This document shows positions 25,081 through 34,587 of a DNA stretch of 64,000 nucleotides, in pieces. The notes under the pieces are model-generated. The model had not been told where the DNA came from. It made no database searches and saw only the letters and a list, made by a program, of their open reading frames with translations. The position numbers and the translations under genes were made by a program. Every line of letters begins with the position of its first letter. Position 1 is the stretch's first letter. Source of the DNA: Candidatus Omnitrophota bacterium (GTDB lineage: Bacteria > Omnitrophota > Omnitrophia > Omnitrophales > JACQQS01); the NCBI GenBank assembly GCA_016206925.1, contig JACQQS010000052.1:208-64207 (forward strand), in the 5' to 3' direction.

Positions 25081-26480
25081 TATTTCCACTCCCTTACGTC
25101 TACAAAATGCCCGGCAACGGCGGCAGCGGCAGCCATTTCGGGGCTGACCAAATGCGTGCGGCCGCCCTTTCCCTGGCGGCCTTCGAAATTCCGGTTGGAT
25201 GTCGACGCGCATCGTTCGCCCGGTTTCAGCTGATCGGGGTTCATGCCGAGGCACATACTGCATCCGGACTCACGCCAATCGCAGCCGGCTTCCTTAAAAA
25301 TCCTGTCGAGGCCTTCGGCTATGGCTTGCTTTCTAACCTGCTGCGAGCCCGGCACCACGAGGGTATGAACATTCTTAGCAATTTTTCTTCCTTTGAGCAT
25401 TTTTGCAATCACACGCAGATCCTCAATGCGCGCATTCGTGCAGCTCCCGATGAAAACTTTTTCGATCTTGATTTCCGTAATCGGTGTCCCGGGCTTTAGC
25501 CCCATGTAGGTCAACGCCTGCTCCACATCCTTCCGGCTGTAACCGGGAACTTTATCGGGTTCGGGAACGTGCCCGGAGACATCGATAACCATTCCCGGAT
25601 TTGTTCCCCACGTAACCTGCGGTGCGACCTTTGAAGCATCGATCGTGATTTCACAGTCGAATTTTGCTCCGGCGTCGGACGGCAGTGATTTCCAAAATTG
25701 AACGGCCTTATCAAAGTCTTTGCCCTTCGGAGCAAATGGACGATTGCCGGAAGCGATGTATTGAAAGGTTGTTTCATCCGGCGCAATCATGCCCGCACGC
25801 GCTCCGGCCTCAATGCTCATATTGCACATAGTCATGCGGGCTTCCATCGAAAGTGAGTGTACCGCTTCGCCGCAATATTCAAAAACGTATCCCGTGCCCC
25901 CCGCCGTTCCGATTGTTCCGATGAGTTTCAGAATCAAATCTTTCGCGCCAACCGGCGGTTTTGAACGGCCGGTGAAATCGACTTTAAATGTCTTGGGCTT
26001 GGATTGCGGCAGGCACTGCGTAGCCAAAACATGCTCTACCTCCGATGTGCCGATGCCGAAAGCAAGTGTACCGAACGCGCCATGTGTTGAAGTATGGGAA
26101 TCTCCGCAGACAATCGTTGTGCCGGGCAGCGTAAGTCCAAGTTCCGGGCCGATGATGTGGACGATACCTTGTTTGTCGCTATCCAAATCATAAAGCGTGA
26201 TACCGAATTCCTTGCAGTTTTTTCTGAGCGTTTCTATTTGTTCCCGCGAAATCGGGTCCTTTATGTTAATCCGCTCATCGGTCGGCACATTGTGATCCAT
26301 CGTGGCAAATGTAAGTCCGGGCTTTCTTACTTTCCGTCCGGCCAGACGCAGTCCTTCAAACGCCTGCGGGCTTGTGACCTCATGGACAAGATGTCTGTCG
26401 ATATAAATGAGGTTCGTGCCGTCGCTTAGCGTCTTTACAAGGTGGCTTTCCCATATTTTTTCGAACAATGTCTTGGGCAT
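25080..26480 (-). CDS. leuC: 3-isopropylmalate dehydratase large subunit
   Basis: 466 aa from [15 protein letters not shown]. Aconitase-family motifs [18 protein letters not shown] and [13 protein letters not shown]. Confidence 0.92.
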   Translation of the reverse strand: MPKTLFEKIWESHLVKTLSDGTNLIYIDRHLVHEVTSPQAFEGLRLAGRKVRKPGLTFATMDHNVPTDERINIKDPISREQIETLRKNCKEFGITLYDLDSDKQGIVHIIGPELGLTLPGTTIVCGDSHTSTHGAFGTLAFGIGTSEVEHVLATQCLPQSKPKTFKVDFTGRSKPPVGAKDLILKLIGTIGTAGGTGYVFEYCGEAVHSLSMEARMTMCNMSIEAGARAGMIAPDETTFQYIASGNRPFAPKGKDFDKAVQFWKSLPSDAGAKFDCEITIDASKVAPQVTWGTNPGMVIDVSGHVPEPDKVPGYSRKDVEQALTYMGLKPGTPITEIKIEKVFIGSCTNARIEDLRVIAKMLKGRKIAKNVHTLVVPGSQQVRKQAIAEGLDRIFKEAGCDWRESGCSMCLGMNPDQLKPGERCASTSNRNFEGRQGKGGRTHLVSPEMAAAAAVAGHFVDVREWK

Positions 26481-26586
26481 AGGCCGCATAGTATATCGGC
26501 AGGCCGCGCGGGTTGGCAAGGCAAGCTTTCTCGACGAACTTTCTAAACTGTTTGGCCGTCACGCGTTGATGATATAATGCATAAAA

Positions 26587-26615
26587 AGGTAACGGGAAAC
26601 AGGTAACGGGAAAAC
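26587..26615 (+). repeat. tandem direct repeat AGGTAACGGGAAAC x2 in the msrB leader
   Basis: 26587-26600 and 26601-26615 (the second copy has one extra A). It ends 4 nt before the GTG start. An extended -10-like TGATATAAT lies about 20 nt upstream. Confidence 0.6.
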
Positions 26616-26619
26616 TACG

Positions 26620-27012
26620 GTGAAGAAAATTATAAAGTCGGAAGAGGAATGGAAGAAAGTTCTCACACCAGAGCAGTTTCAGGTAGCGCGAGAAAAAGGT
26701 ACAGAGCCCGCATTTTCCGGAAAATATAACGCCTGCAAAGACAAAGGCATGTACCGCTGTGTTTGCTGCGGCGCCGATCTTTTTAGTTCCGAAACCAAAT
26801 TTGATTCCGGAACCGGCTGGCCGAGTTTTTTTAAACCGGCCAAAAAGGAAAACGTGCGGGCCGAAGATGATTTCAGTTACAACATGCGCCGCACGGAGGT
26901 TCTCTGTAACGTTTGCGGCGCCCATCTCGGCCATCTCTTTAATGACGGGCCGGAGCCTACCGGTCTTCGCTATTGCGTTAACTCCGCCACCCTCAAGTTA
27001 ACAAAGACTTAA
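26620..27012 (+). CDS. msrB: peptide-methionine (R)-S-oxide reductase
   Basis: 130 aa with a GTG start. Zn-Cys pairs CVCCGADLF and [12 protein letters not shown], plus the GTGWPSF and RYCVNS motifs. Confidence 0.92.
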   Translation: MKKIIKSEEEWKKVLTPEQFQVAREKGTEPAFSGKYNACKDKGMYRCVCCGADLFSSETKFDSGTGWPSFFKPAKKENVRAEDDFSYNMRRTEVLCNVCGAHLGHLFNDGPEPTGLRYCVNSATLKLTKT

Positions 27013-27085
27013 AAACGATCATTATCCAAACTTTACATTACCTCCGTTTTCATGTAGATTAACATTTCCCTAAAGCTGATTTGAG

Positions 27086-27787
27086 ATGCAAGAAACCGCA
27101 AAAGAAAAAATTTTGGCCGAAGTTGCCGAAAGTCCCCTAGCACCCTCCAAAGTTTTCCAAACTTTAGAGAACGAGCGCATCATAGCGGTTGTGCGTTCCT
27201 CTATTTATGAAAATGTGGAGGAGCTTACCAACGCTGTCATGGCAGGCGGCATACGCTGCGTTTTGATTTCGAATACCGTGCCGCAGCGGTTTCGCTTTAT
27301 CGAAACTATTTCCAAACAATATCCGGATGTGCTTGTCGGCTGTGCGCATGTTGCTACCGGAGAACAGGCCCAGAAGGCGATCGAAGCCGGTGCGAAAGTG
27401 ATTTCAAGCCCTTATCTGAACAAGGATATCGTCAATGTCTGCAAAAATAGCGGCGCGCTCGTTATGCAAGGCGCGGCCACGCCGAGTGAGATTATGGAAG
27501 CCGTGCAGTTCGACGCCGATATCGTTCAGCTATTTCCGATCAACCACCTGGGCGGTCCCAATTTTATCCGGACGATAAAAGATCATCTGCCTTCCGTAAA
27601 ATTTGCCGCCTGCGGTGGCGTGGGTTTGGACGATGTGGTAGATTTTATAAAGGCCGGCGCTACGGCTGTTATGGTAGATGATGCGCTGACGGACCGCGGC
27701 TTGATTCGAGAAGATAACTGGAAAGAAATTACCGAACGCGCCAAACTGTTTACACAAAAAATTGCCACGCTCAAAGCCTCCAAGTAA
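27086..27787 (+). CDS. KDPG/KHG aldolase (Eda)-fold protein lacking the canonical catalytic residues
   Basis: 233 aa. It aligns by eye to E. coli Eda (AGGIRCV..., EAGAKVISSP, CGGVG). The Schiff-base Lys context FKFFPAE reads VQLFPIN, and the LEVTLRT segment reads VLISNTV. Confidence 0.65.
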   Translation: MQETAKEKILAEVAESPLAPSKVFQTLENERIIAVVRSSIYENVEELTNAVMAGGIRCVLISNTVPQRFRFIETISKQYPDVLVGCAHVATGEQAQKAIEAGAKVISSPYLNKDIVNVCKNSGALVMQGAATPSEIMEAVQFDADIVQLFPINHLGGPNFIRTIKDHLPSVKFAACGGVGLDDVVDFIKAGATAVMVDDALTDRGLIREDNWKEITERAKLFTQKIATLKASK

Positions 27788-29918
27788 TCTGCCGAACCGC
27801 CCCCCTCAATGGCTTACCTTTGGTCCGACCGTTTGTTCCGAATTGGAGCTCTGCCTGGAGAAAGAATGGTTTTTGGGAAATGGTCTCGGGGGGTACACTG
27901 CGGGAACGATTGTTGGCTGCCCGACGAGAAGCACGCACGGGCTTCTGATTGCCGCCACCCGGCCGCCGGACGGTTTGATTTCCCTCATCTCTGCGTTTGA
28001 GGAAACTTTTTTTGTCCTGGACCAACCGTATCCGCTGTCCACTTTCTATTTTCGGGATACGATCTATCCGAAAGGTTACGAGTACCTCAGGCGGTTTTCC
28101 TTGAACCCCTTTCCGACTTTTACATTTGAAGTAGAGGATTTTCGTCTGGAGAAAACCGTTTACCTCAGGCGCGGGCAGAATACCGTTGTCGTCAACTATC
28201 GGCTGGTCTCCGGCGAGGAGGAACTTGTCCGGCTCGAAATAAAACCGCTTGTCACATGCCGCCCCGTCGGCGAAGTCAGAAAAAGTGCAAAAGCCATCGA
28301 AGGCGGACTGACCACATCAAAAGGTCAGGTGTGTTACAGGAGCTCGAAGCTCCTGCCGCCGATTTATTTTGCACACCAGGCAGCGATTGTGGACAAATCC
28401 GGAGACGGGTACGGCGAAATTGTCTATTTGCGTGATCAGGAGGAGGGGAAATCCTCAACCGAGCATCTGTATTACCCGTGCTCTTTCATTTATTCCTTTA
28501 TGGCCCGCGACGAAGCAATGCTTGCCGCTTCCACACAGCCCATCCAGCTGCCGGAATCGCCGTCGCTTTGGATGAATGCCGAAAGAGAATCGGTGCTTGC
28601 TGGGCGGAAGCGTTTTTTCCAGATGGCTTTGAAGGGAAGGCCGGGCGTGGCTGCGGAAGGCGCATCGGCGCCCCCACCGGATTCGGAAGAGGGTATTTCT
28701 CCGCTGACCGACGTTGATGAATTGCAGCATATGGTTTCGCAATCCGAACATTTTTTGGTGAAACGCGGGCATGACGGGGCAAGCTTCCTAAGAGGCTATT
28801 TCGACGGCGGAGACGGTGCGTGGTCATCCATGATCGCATTGCCGGGATTGCTTCTGGTCCCGCGAAGATATGACGAGGCAAAAAATCTTCTGCTTTTCTA
28901 CGCTTCTCTCATGGATAAGGGTTTTCTGCCCAGTTCGTTCCGCGCTTTGGAGGGACGCGCCTCGGACGGGGAATCTCTTTATGAGCAAATAGATGCCGCG
29001 CTTTGGTTTGTCGAAGCCGTATATCTTTATTGCCAGGAGAGTGAGGATTTCGAAACTGTTGAGAAAAAGCTGTTCCCCGTACTGCGCCGCTGCGTAAAAC
29101 ATTACGAGCGGGGGACGCATTTTGGCGTACGTGCCTCCGGCGACGGATTGCTTGAACAGGAGGAATCGAGAAAGGCGATTACCTGGATGAATGCGTATGC
29201 GGGTACGGTGCCCGTGACGCCGCGGTGGGGAAAAGCGGTTGAAGTGAACGCGCTTTGGTACAGCACACTTCGGGTCGTTGAGTATTTTGCGATTAAATTC
29301 CGGGACACACAAACGGCCAAAGCCATGGACCGCCTCGCGCTTAAAGTTTATTCTTCATTCAATTCGGCCTTTTGGAATGACAAGAAAGGGATCGTATACG
29401 ATTGTATTCAAAAGGAAAGGAAGGATCCTTCTATCCGCCCGAACCAGATCATCGCTTTAAGTTTGAGCTTTCCGGTGCTTCAGAAAAAGAGCTGGCCGGT
29501 TGTTCTTCAGACGGTGACGCAGGAACTCTTTACGCCGTTCGGATTAAGAACGCTTTCGAAACGCAGCAGGTTTTATCGGGGCCGGTACTATGGCGATCGG
29601 ATTAAACGAGCGCAGGCCGAACACCAGGGGACCGTTTGGGCCTGGCTCATCGGTCCTTATGTCCGTGCTTATCTTAGGACATACGGAAATACCCAGCCGG
29701 TGCGGGAGAAACTTTTAAGACTCTTTGAACCTTTCTTTAACCAACTGAGCCATTTCGGGCTGAATTCAATCTCATCCGTTTATGACGGGAATGCGCCCCA
29801 TACGCCGCGCGGGCTCGTGGGCGATGCGCTTGCGGCCGGCGAAGTCGTTCGCTGCTATGAAGAGCTTATCTCCGAAGGCCCCAAGAAACAAACGCTTGAA
29901 AAGTTTGAATTGAAATGA
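27762..29918 (+). CDS. glycogen-debranching-enzyme-type protein (GDE_N_bis plus amylo-alpha-1,6-glucosidase (a/a)6 barrel)
   Basis: 718 aa. EWFLGNGLGGYTAGTIVGCPTRSTHGLLIAA, TWMNAY, IRPNQIIALSL, FGLRTLS and GTVWAWLIGPY. It overlaps the Eda-like gene by 26 nt. Confidence 0.8.
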   Translation: MPRSKPPSNLPNRPPQWLTFGPTVCSELELCLEKEWFLGNGLGGYTAGTIVGCPTRSTHGLLIAATRPPDGLISLISAFEETFFVLDQPYPLSTFYFRDTIYPKGYEYLRRFSLNPFPTFTFEVEDFRLEKTVYLRRGQNTVVVNYRLVSGEEELVRLEIKPLVTCRPVGEVRKSAKAIEGGLTTSKGQVCYRSSKLLPPIYFAHQAAIVDKSGDGYGEIVYLRDQEEGKSSTEHLYYPCSFIYSFMARDEAMLAASTQPIQLPESPSLWMNAERESVLAGRKRFFQMALKGRPGVAAEGASAPPPDSEEGISPLTDVDELQHMVSQSEHFLVKRGHDGASFLRGYFDGGDGAWSSMIALPGLLLVPRRYDEAKNLLLFYASLMDKGFLPSSFRALEGRASDGESLYEQIDAALWFVEAVYLYCQESEDFETVEKKLFPVLRRCVKHYERGTHFGVRASGDGLLEQEESRKAITWMNAYAGTVPVTPRWGKAVEVNALWYSTLRVVEYFAIKFRDTQTAKAMDRLALKVYSSFNSAFWNDKKGIVYDCIQKERKDPSIRPNQIIALSLSFPVLQKKSWPVVLQTVTQELFTPFGLRTLSKRSRFYRGRYYGDRIKRAQAEHQGTVWAWLIGPYVRAYLRTYGNTQPVREKLLRLFEPFFNQLSHFGLNSISSVYDGNAPHTPRGLVGDALAAGEVVRCYEELISEGPKKQTLEKFELK

Positions 29919-29930
29919 GGAACAAAGATC

Positions 29931-30206
29931 ATGAGCAAAAATTCAGATGATGGTTTGATTCGCGGACCGTTTCCGGGTGATCAGAAAAGCCCCATCGGAA
30001 AAAATTGGAAGCCCCTCATTTTCATTGTCCCCCCTTTCCCGATCGCAGGAATCTGCTGGCTTTTTGGAATCCGCGAGCCATTTGCGGTGATTATGGTCAC
30101 GCTGCTTTGCTCAGCCGTGTTCAGCGCTCTTCTTTATTATCTCTTCTTTGCTGAATCAGACTACTTCACCGGGACTATGCGGAATTTATTTAGACGGAGG
30201 CAATGA
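29931..30206 (+). CDS. small membrane protein (91 aa, 2 TM)
   Basis: ORF with SD GAGGA 8 nt upstream. Helices LIFIVPPFPIAGICWLFGI and VIMVTLLCSAVFSALLYYLFF. Confidence 0.4.
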   Translation: MSKNSDDGLIRGPFPGDQKSPIGKNWKPLIFIVPPFPIAGICWLFGIREPFAVIMVTLLCSAVFSALLYYLFFAESDYFTGTMRNLFRRRQ

Positions 30207-30389
30207 CAAATTCCGTCGTTTTAGATCTATAAGTCGTTTAAATAAAATGACTTAAAAATTTTTCTACGCTTATTTGATTCCCTTTAAGTTCCTGTGTACA
30301 CTATCAGCAAGCAAAATTTATAAGACCTTAGCCTTTCCGGCATGTCCGGATGGGTTCATTTTATATCCGCTTAATTCAGCACTATTACA

Positions 30390-33300
30390 ATGGATAAAAA
30401 AACGCGCACTCAAAAAAGTCCGAGGCTACTCAAAGCAGTCGTTTTCCTTCTGCTTACCCTGGGCACCTTCTCTACGCCGCAGTCCCACGCGGCTGATATT
30501 CTGATTGATGATTTCGACGACGGTACAAGATCACCGAATTCGTTGGACGGTTTTACAGGATCGTTTATCAACGAAGACCAGGTTACCCACGAACGATTTG
30601 CGTTTTGTGCTGACCAGCTTAGCGAGGGCGGGATGGCGCTTGAGTTTTCACGCGACGCACGTCCTGAATCTTTTTGCGGTTTTTTCAGTCAGATGGGGCC
30701 TGGGGCGTCTATTGATTTAACAACTGCCGGTGTCAATCAACTGTCATTCAAAGTTCGCGGTGATTTGATAGACGGGGCGCCGGGCGGCGGGCACAACTTT
30801 CAAATTGAGATTAAAGATAGCTCCGGCAAACGGCTTATGACGGCGCTTGCCAATGCGCCGGGATTTGAAGCCGGAACGGTTCAGGGCGAGCTTCGCCAGG
30901 TAGACATTCCTTTTTCGGCAATGAGGCCGGACGGCGGCCCGATCGATTTGTCGTCCGTTAAGGAAGTTGCTATTGCTTTTAACAGAGAGTTTACCGCACC
31001 CAATGCACCAGTCGTAACAAGTAAAATTCTCATAGATGATCTAAAGTTCACTCGCCGGGAAGATCCTCCCCCCAGCATTCTTGAATCCGACCCGGCAAGT
31101 CTGGATATCGATCTCATCGCACGCGCATCTGTTATTGCCTCAGGCCCTTCAAACGCTCAGATAATGACCGTGGCCGAAGATCCCGGTTCGCTTCGCGGCA
31201 CTGCGCTTAAGCTTTATCACGACCTAACCGACAGCGGTGATTTTTTCGCCTTTTTTGTTTTTCCTTCGGAAAGCCCCGTCGACCTTGCTGGTGAAGGAAT
31301 TCGGACGGTGAAAATTCGCATGCGAAAAACCGGATTTGACAGCGCTCCCTTGAGAGTCGTTCTTGAGCTCAAGAAAAAGGGTGAGGACGGTCGACTGTCC
31401 GAGGTTGTTGGCACGGTGCTGAGCTACGGGGTCGGACAGGGTTCGGAAGGAACGGAGTATGCGGAGACCATTTTCCCCATTTATTCGGAGTCTCCTGTGA
31501 TCGATGGAGTGGTGCTTGTGTATTCCGACGGCGGTGACGGCGCTCTTTTGGTGGATAAGCTTACTCTTTCAACGGACCCTTATATTCCTAATAGTCCGCC
31601 CTATTTGCCCAGCGCGGGCCCGGCGCGAAGCGATGAAGAGCTTCTGGATTACATTGAGTCGCAGTCCGCGCGTTATTTTGTGGATCAATTGGTCGGCAGC
31701 AGTTTTCATGTCCGCGATCGTTCTGCTCCGGACAGCGCTTCTTCCATTGCTGCAACCGCATTCGCATTGAGCACGTTTACCGTGATGAGCAGAAGATACG
31801 ATCCCACGCCGGGAAGTCTTTGGGACATTGTGGACCGGAACGGCATCACGATTACACCGGCCGAATCCGCGTCGAGAGTAAAAACTTTGCTTGATCAATT
31901 TCTTGCCATTCAGGCCGCACAGCCCGACGTGAATACGGGGGAAGGCGATCCCGATCGTTTGTACGGCATTGCGGGATTCTTTTACCACTTCTTAAACGAA
32001 GACGGAACAAGGGCACGCGATTCCGAGGTTTCCGTCATCGACACGGCGATCTTGCTCACCGCGGCCATTCAGGCTGGAGAATATTTCGGCGGGGAAATCC
32101 GCGAGAAGGCCGAGCGGCTGCTTTCAAACGTGAATTGGAACTACATGTTTTATGAACCGGAGAAAGCATTTCGCCTCTCGTGGCTGCCTCTGGTCAAACG
32201 CGGATTCAGCATTCCGGATCCGGGCGGAATCGGATTCTTAAGCGACGGAACCGTCGGACGGCCGACGGATGAGCTTTTGCTCGTGAATATTCTGGCGCTT
32301 GCAAGCGACCCGTTGAATGTAGCGTTCCAGCAGGCGCTTTACAGCTATCCCCGTGTCGAGCGTATTTACCGTTCGCGGAACAACGGGAATTTCCCGGTCG
32401 TAAACTCATTTTTCGGCTCTGCGTTTACGTATCTCTACGCGCATTTATATTTTGATTTTGATTTGCTCGGGCCGGACAGGCCCGGCCTGATTACGGCCGA
32501 TTTGGAATTTCCCGATTCCGTGGACTGGTGGATTAACTCTGTCAATGCCTTTCGGGCAAACCGGCAGTTTGCCATCGACCGGTCGGAGCATTTTCCATTT
32601 TCGTTCCATGAGAATAGCTGGGGGATTTCTGCGGTGGAGCGGCCGGACGGAAAATATGAGGGACTTTACGGCGGTTCTCCGGCGGAAAACGGTCCGACGC
32701 ACGACGGGACCGTAGCCGTTCATATTCCTTTTAGCGCGCTTACGTTTTTTAAAGAAAGTTCGTCCGAGTTGCTCGGCGAAAACGAGGCATTTCAAGCTAT
32801 GCGCTTTGCCTACGACCATTTCTATGATGATTTGTTCGGCCCCTATGGGCCGGTGGATTCTTACAATGACCGCGCAGAATTTTCTGATTTTTATCTCGGA
32901 CTGGATCAAGGCCCCATCGTACTTTCGATAGAAAATTACCGCTCTGGATTGATTCTGAACACGTTTATGAGAAATACGCAAATTCAGGCGGCTTGCGCGA
33001 TTGCTTTCGGCCATGCGCCTGTGATCAATCCCGTTGCCGATCAAACAGTGGAAGCCGGGAACCATTTGTCATTCAATTTAACGGCGACCGACGCTGATGG
33101 CGACGGCGGATTGGAAATTCTCTCAAGCAATTTGCCGGACGGAGCTTCGCTCGTGAATGACGGGACAGGAATGGCCGCATTTAACTGGACGCCGGAAATT
33201 TCCGATGTTGGAAACCATGTTGTCGGCTTTACCGTGCGCGATGCATACCGGGATAATCCGGAACCGGTATTTGTTTCAATAAAAGTAGAGACACCGCCTG

Positions 33301-34133
33301 ATACGGAACCCCATGTATTCTTCCGGACGCCGGAGCCGGGTGCTGTTCTTACCGGTGTGGTGCATATTGAAGCAGCCTCAAGCGATCCGGTCCATACCCG
33401 TTTGGGAATCTTATACGTGGACGGCCGGCGGATTGCCTGGACGTACGGAGCGGAAGCGGCTTACGATTTGCAAACGGCGTTCTTTGCAAACGGTCCGCGC
33501 ACGTTTAAAGCCAGGTTTTATCATACTGTTTTGATGAGGTACCTTGAAGCGGAATTAATATTTGATTTTCAGAACAGTTCGATCATCGCGCGCTCCATCA
33601 AAATCATTCAGCCCCAGGCAGGCGCCATTCTCAGCGGCGAAATTTTGGTAGCCGTTGAAACTAACGATCCTCAACAGACCGCGCTTTACCAGGTGTATGT
33701 CGACGGAAGAAGAATGGCCGGCCGTATTCATTACAAGGGGCCTTTTACGATTGACACAAGGCGCTTTGCGGATGGAATGCACGCGATTACCGTGCGCGCG
33801 TATGATCGCTTTTCCGCGGAATTTCTGGCTGACCAGGTTCAGGTGGAGTTTGATAATTTTCAGCCGATGCTTCAGATCGTTGCCCCGGCGCACAACGCAG
33901 CCGTGTCCGGGCGAATTCAGATCCAGGCTGAGGCAGAGCCCGGGAAATTTGTCGTTTTGGGAAGATTATTTGTCGACGGAAAATATACGGCGCGGGATCT
34001 TTGGTCACCGTTTACTTTCACGGTAGATACCACGGCGCTTTCAAACGGCCCGCATCAATTCCGCGTGACCGCCTTTGCATTTCCTTCGCGGGAAACCCCT
34101 GAGCAAGAAATCACATTAAACGTTCAGAAGTGA
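30390..34133 (+). CDS. large secreted multidomain protein: two N-terminal beta-sandwich (CBM-like) modules, a GH144-like (PF10091) catalytic domain, a cadherin/He_PIG-like Ig domain, and three tandem Ig-like repeats
   Basis: 1247 aa with a signal peptide (LLLTLGTFSTPQSHAA). The catalytic motifs are paralogous to 16685-18601: SIAATAF, GFFYHFL, EVSVIDTAILLTAA, IENYRSGLIL. The Ig domain reads NPVADQTVEAGNHLSFNLTATDADGD. Three repeats of about 90 aa contain ...YVDGRR... (about 33310-34130). Confidence 0.75.
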   Translation: MDKKTRTQKSPRLLKAVVFLLLTLGTFSTPQSHAADILIDDFDDGTRSPNSLDGFTGSFINEDQVTHERFAFCADQLSEGGMALEFSRDARPESFCGFFSQMGPGASIDLTTAGVNQLSFKVRGDLIDGAPGGGHNFQIEIKDSSGKRLMTALANAPGFEAGTVQGELRQVDIPFSAMRPDGGPIDLSSVKEVAIAFNREFTAPNAPVVTSKILIDDLKFTRREDPPPSILESDPASLDIDLIARASVIASGPSNAQIMTVAEDPGSLRGTALKLYHDLTDSGDFFAFFVFPSESPVDLAGEGIRTVKIRMRKTGFDSAPLRVVLELKKKGEDGRLSEVVGTVLSYGVGQGSEGTEYAETIFPIYSESPVIDGVVLVYSDGGDGALLVDKLTLSTDPYIPNSPPYLPSAGPARSDEELLDYIESQSARYFVDQLVGSSFHVRDRSAPDSASSIAATAFALSTFTVMSRRYDPTPGSLWDIVDRNGITITPAESASRVKTLLDQFLAIQAAQPDVNTGEGDPDRLYGIAGFFYHFLNEDGTRARDSEVSVIDTAILLTAAIQAGEYFGGEIREKAERLLSNVNWNYMFYEPEKAFRLSWLPLVKRGFSIPDPGGIGFLSDGTVGRPTDELLLVNILALASDPLNVAFQQALYSYPRVERIYRSRNNGNFPVVNSFFGSAFTYLYAHLYFDFDLLGPDRPGLITADLEFPDSVDWWINSVNAFRANRQFAIDRSEHFPFSFHENSWGISAVERPDGKYEGLYGGSPAENGPTHDGTVAVHIPFSALTFFKESSSELLGENEAFQAMRFAYDHFYDDLFGPYGPVDSYNDRAEFSDFYLGLDQGPIVLSIENYRSGLILNTFMRNTQIQAACAIAFGHAPVINPVADQTVEAGNHLSFNLTATDADGDGGLEILSSNLPDGASLVNDGTGMAAFNWTPEISDVGNHVVGFTVRDAYRDNPEPVFVSIKVETPPDTEPHVFFRTPEPGAVLTGVVHIEAASSDPVHTRLGILYVDGRRIAWTYGAEAAYDLQTAFFANGPRTFKARFYHTVLMRYLEAELIFDFQNSSIIARSIKIIQPQAGAILSGEILVAVETNDPQQTALYQVYVDGRRMAGRIHYKGPFTIDTRRFADGMHAITVRAYDRFSAEFLADQVQVEFDNFQPMLQIVAPAHNAAVSGRIQIQAEAEPGKFVVLGRLFVDGKYTARDLWSPFTFTVDTTALSNGPHQFRVTAFAFPSRETPEQEITLNVQK

Positions 34134-34142
34134 ATTTCGACA

Positions 34143-34340
34143 TTACTTGACGGTCACAGGCTTACATGCATACTTGACATGCCCGATCTGAGAGATATTT
34201 CTCTTGCACCCCGGCTGCGGGTCCTTGGGTAACCCAACCGATCGCCGAGCTATCAGGGCCAATGCTTCTCCGCCAAGCAGATGAACGCTTACTGCGAGTA
34301 GCAATATCAAGATAAAATGTTTGTTTCGGAGCAAATTCAT
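34143..34340 (-). CDS. small secreted/anchored protein (65 aa)
   Basis: Signal-like N-terminus MNLLRNKHFILILLLAVSVHLLG. Strong SD GGAGGTG 8 nt upstream on the minus strand. Confidence 0.35.
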   Translation of the reverse strand: MNLLRNKHFILILLLAVSVHLLGGEALALIARRSVGLPKDPQPGCKRNISQIGHVKYACKPVTVK

Positions 34341-34587
34341 AGTTTTACACCTCCAGTTTATTTATCCAGTTTATTTAACCAAAGTTTTTTAAAAGTCCTT
34401 CAGAACGTGGGCAAAAAAAAACGCTCGCGCGCTAAAACTTCTGGTTTTTCAGATGCAAAAGTATAACATCCCGGCATTTAAGATTCAAACTCTCTTGGCT
34501 GATATCGCCGTAAGATAAGGTTTAGAAAAGACTTATCGCTGTTGAGTGGCGAAACTCTTCCCGTTGTATCGGCCCGGGTTATTTCTG

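Noticed and set aside
24409-26519. N-terminally extended ORF versions in the track: leuD 24409-25263, leuC 25080-26519, ilvD to 36291, leuA from 39798, pilD from 42298, GT9 from 60965, recN from 21217, four-helix-bundle from 11697, coxIV from 6545, dprA from 46998.
   Set aside because: The extensions overlap upstream genes or repeat elements and read as Arg/Pro-rich nonsense. Internal starts coincide with conserved family N-termini, with SD sequences, or with ATGA/TAATG coupling to the upstream stop.
26602-26615. Exact 14-nt match GGTAACGGGAAAAC between the msrB leader and 53413-53426 inside waaA.
   Set aside because: About 15 chance 14-mer matches are expected among all position pairs in a 64-kb window on two strands. 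There is no extended similarity around it.
30274-30302. Sigma-70-like promoter TTGATT-17-TACACT upstream of the 1247-aa protein gene.
   Set aside because: The spacing is plausible, but both hexamers are weak matches in an AT-rich region where such matches are frequent. It was not listed as a feature.
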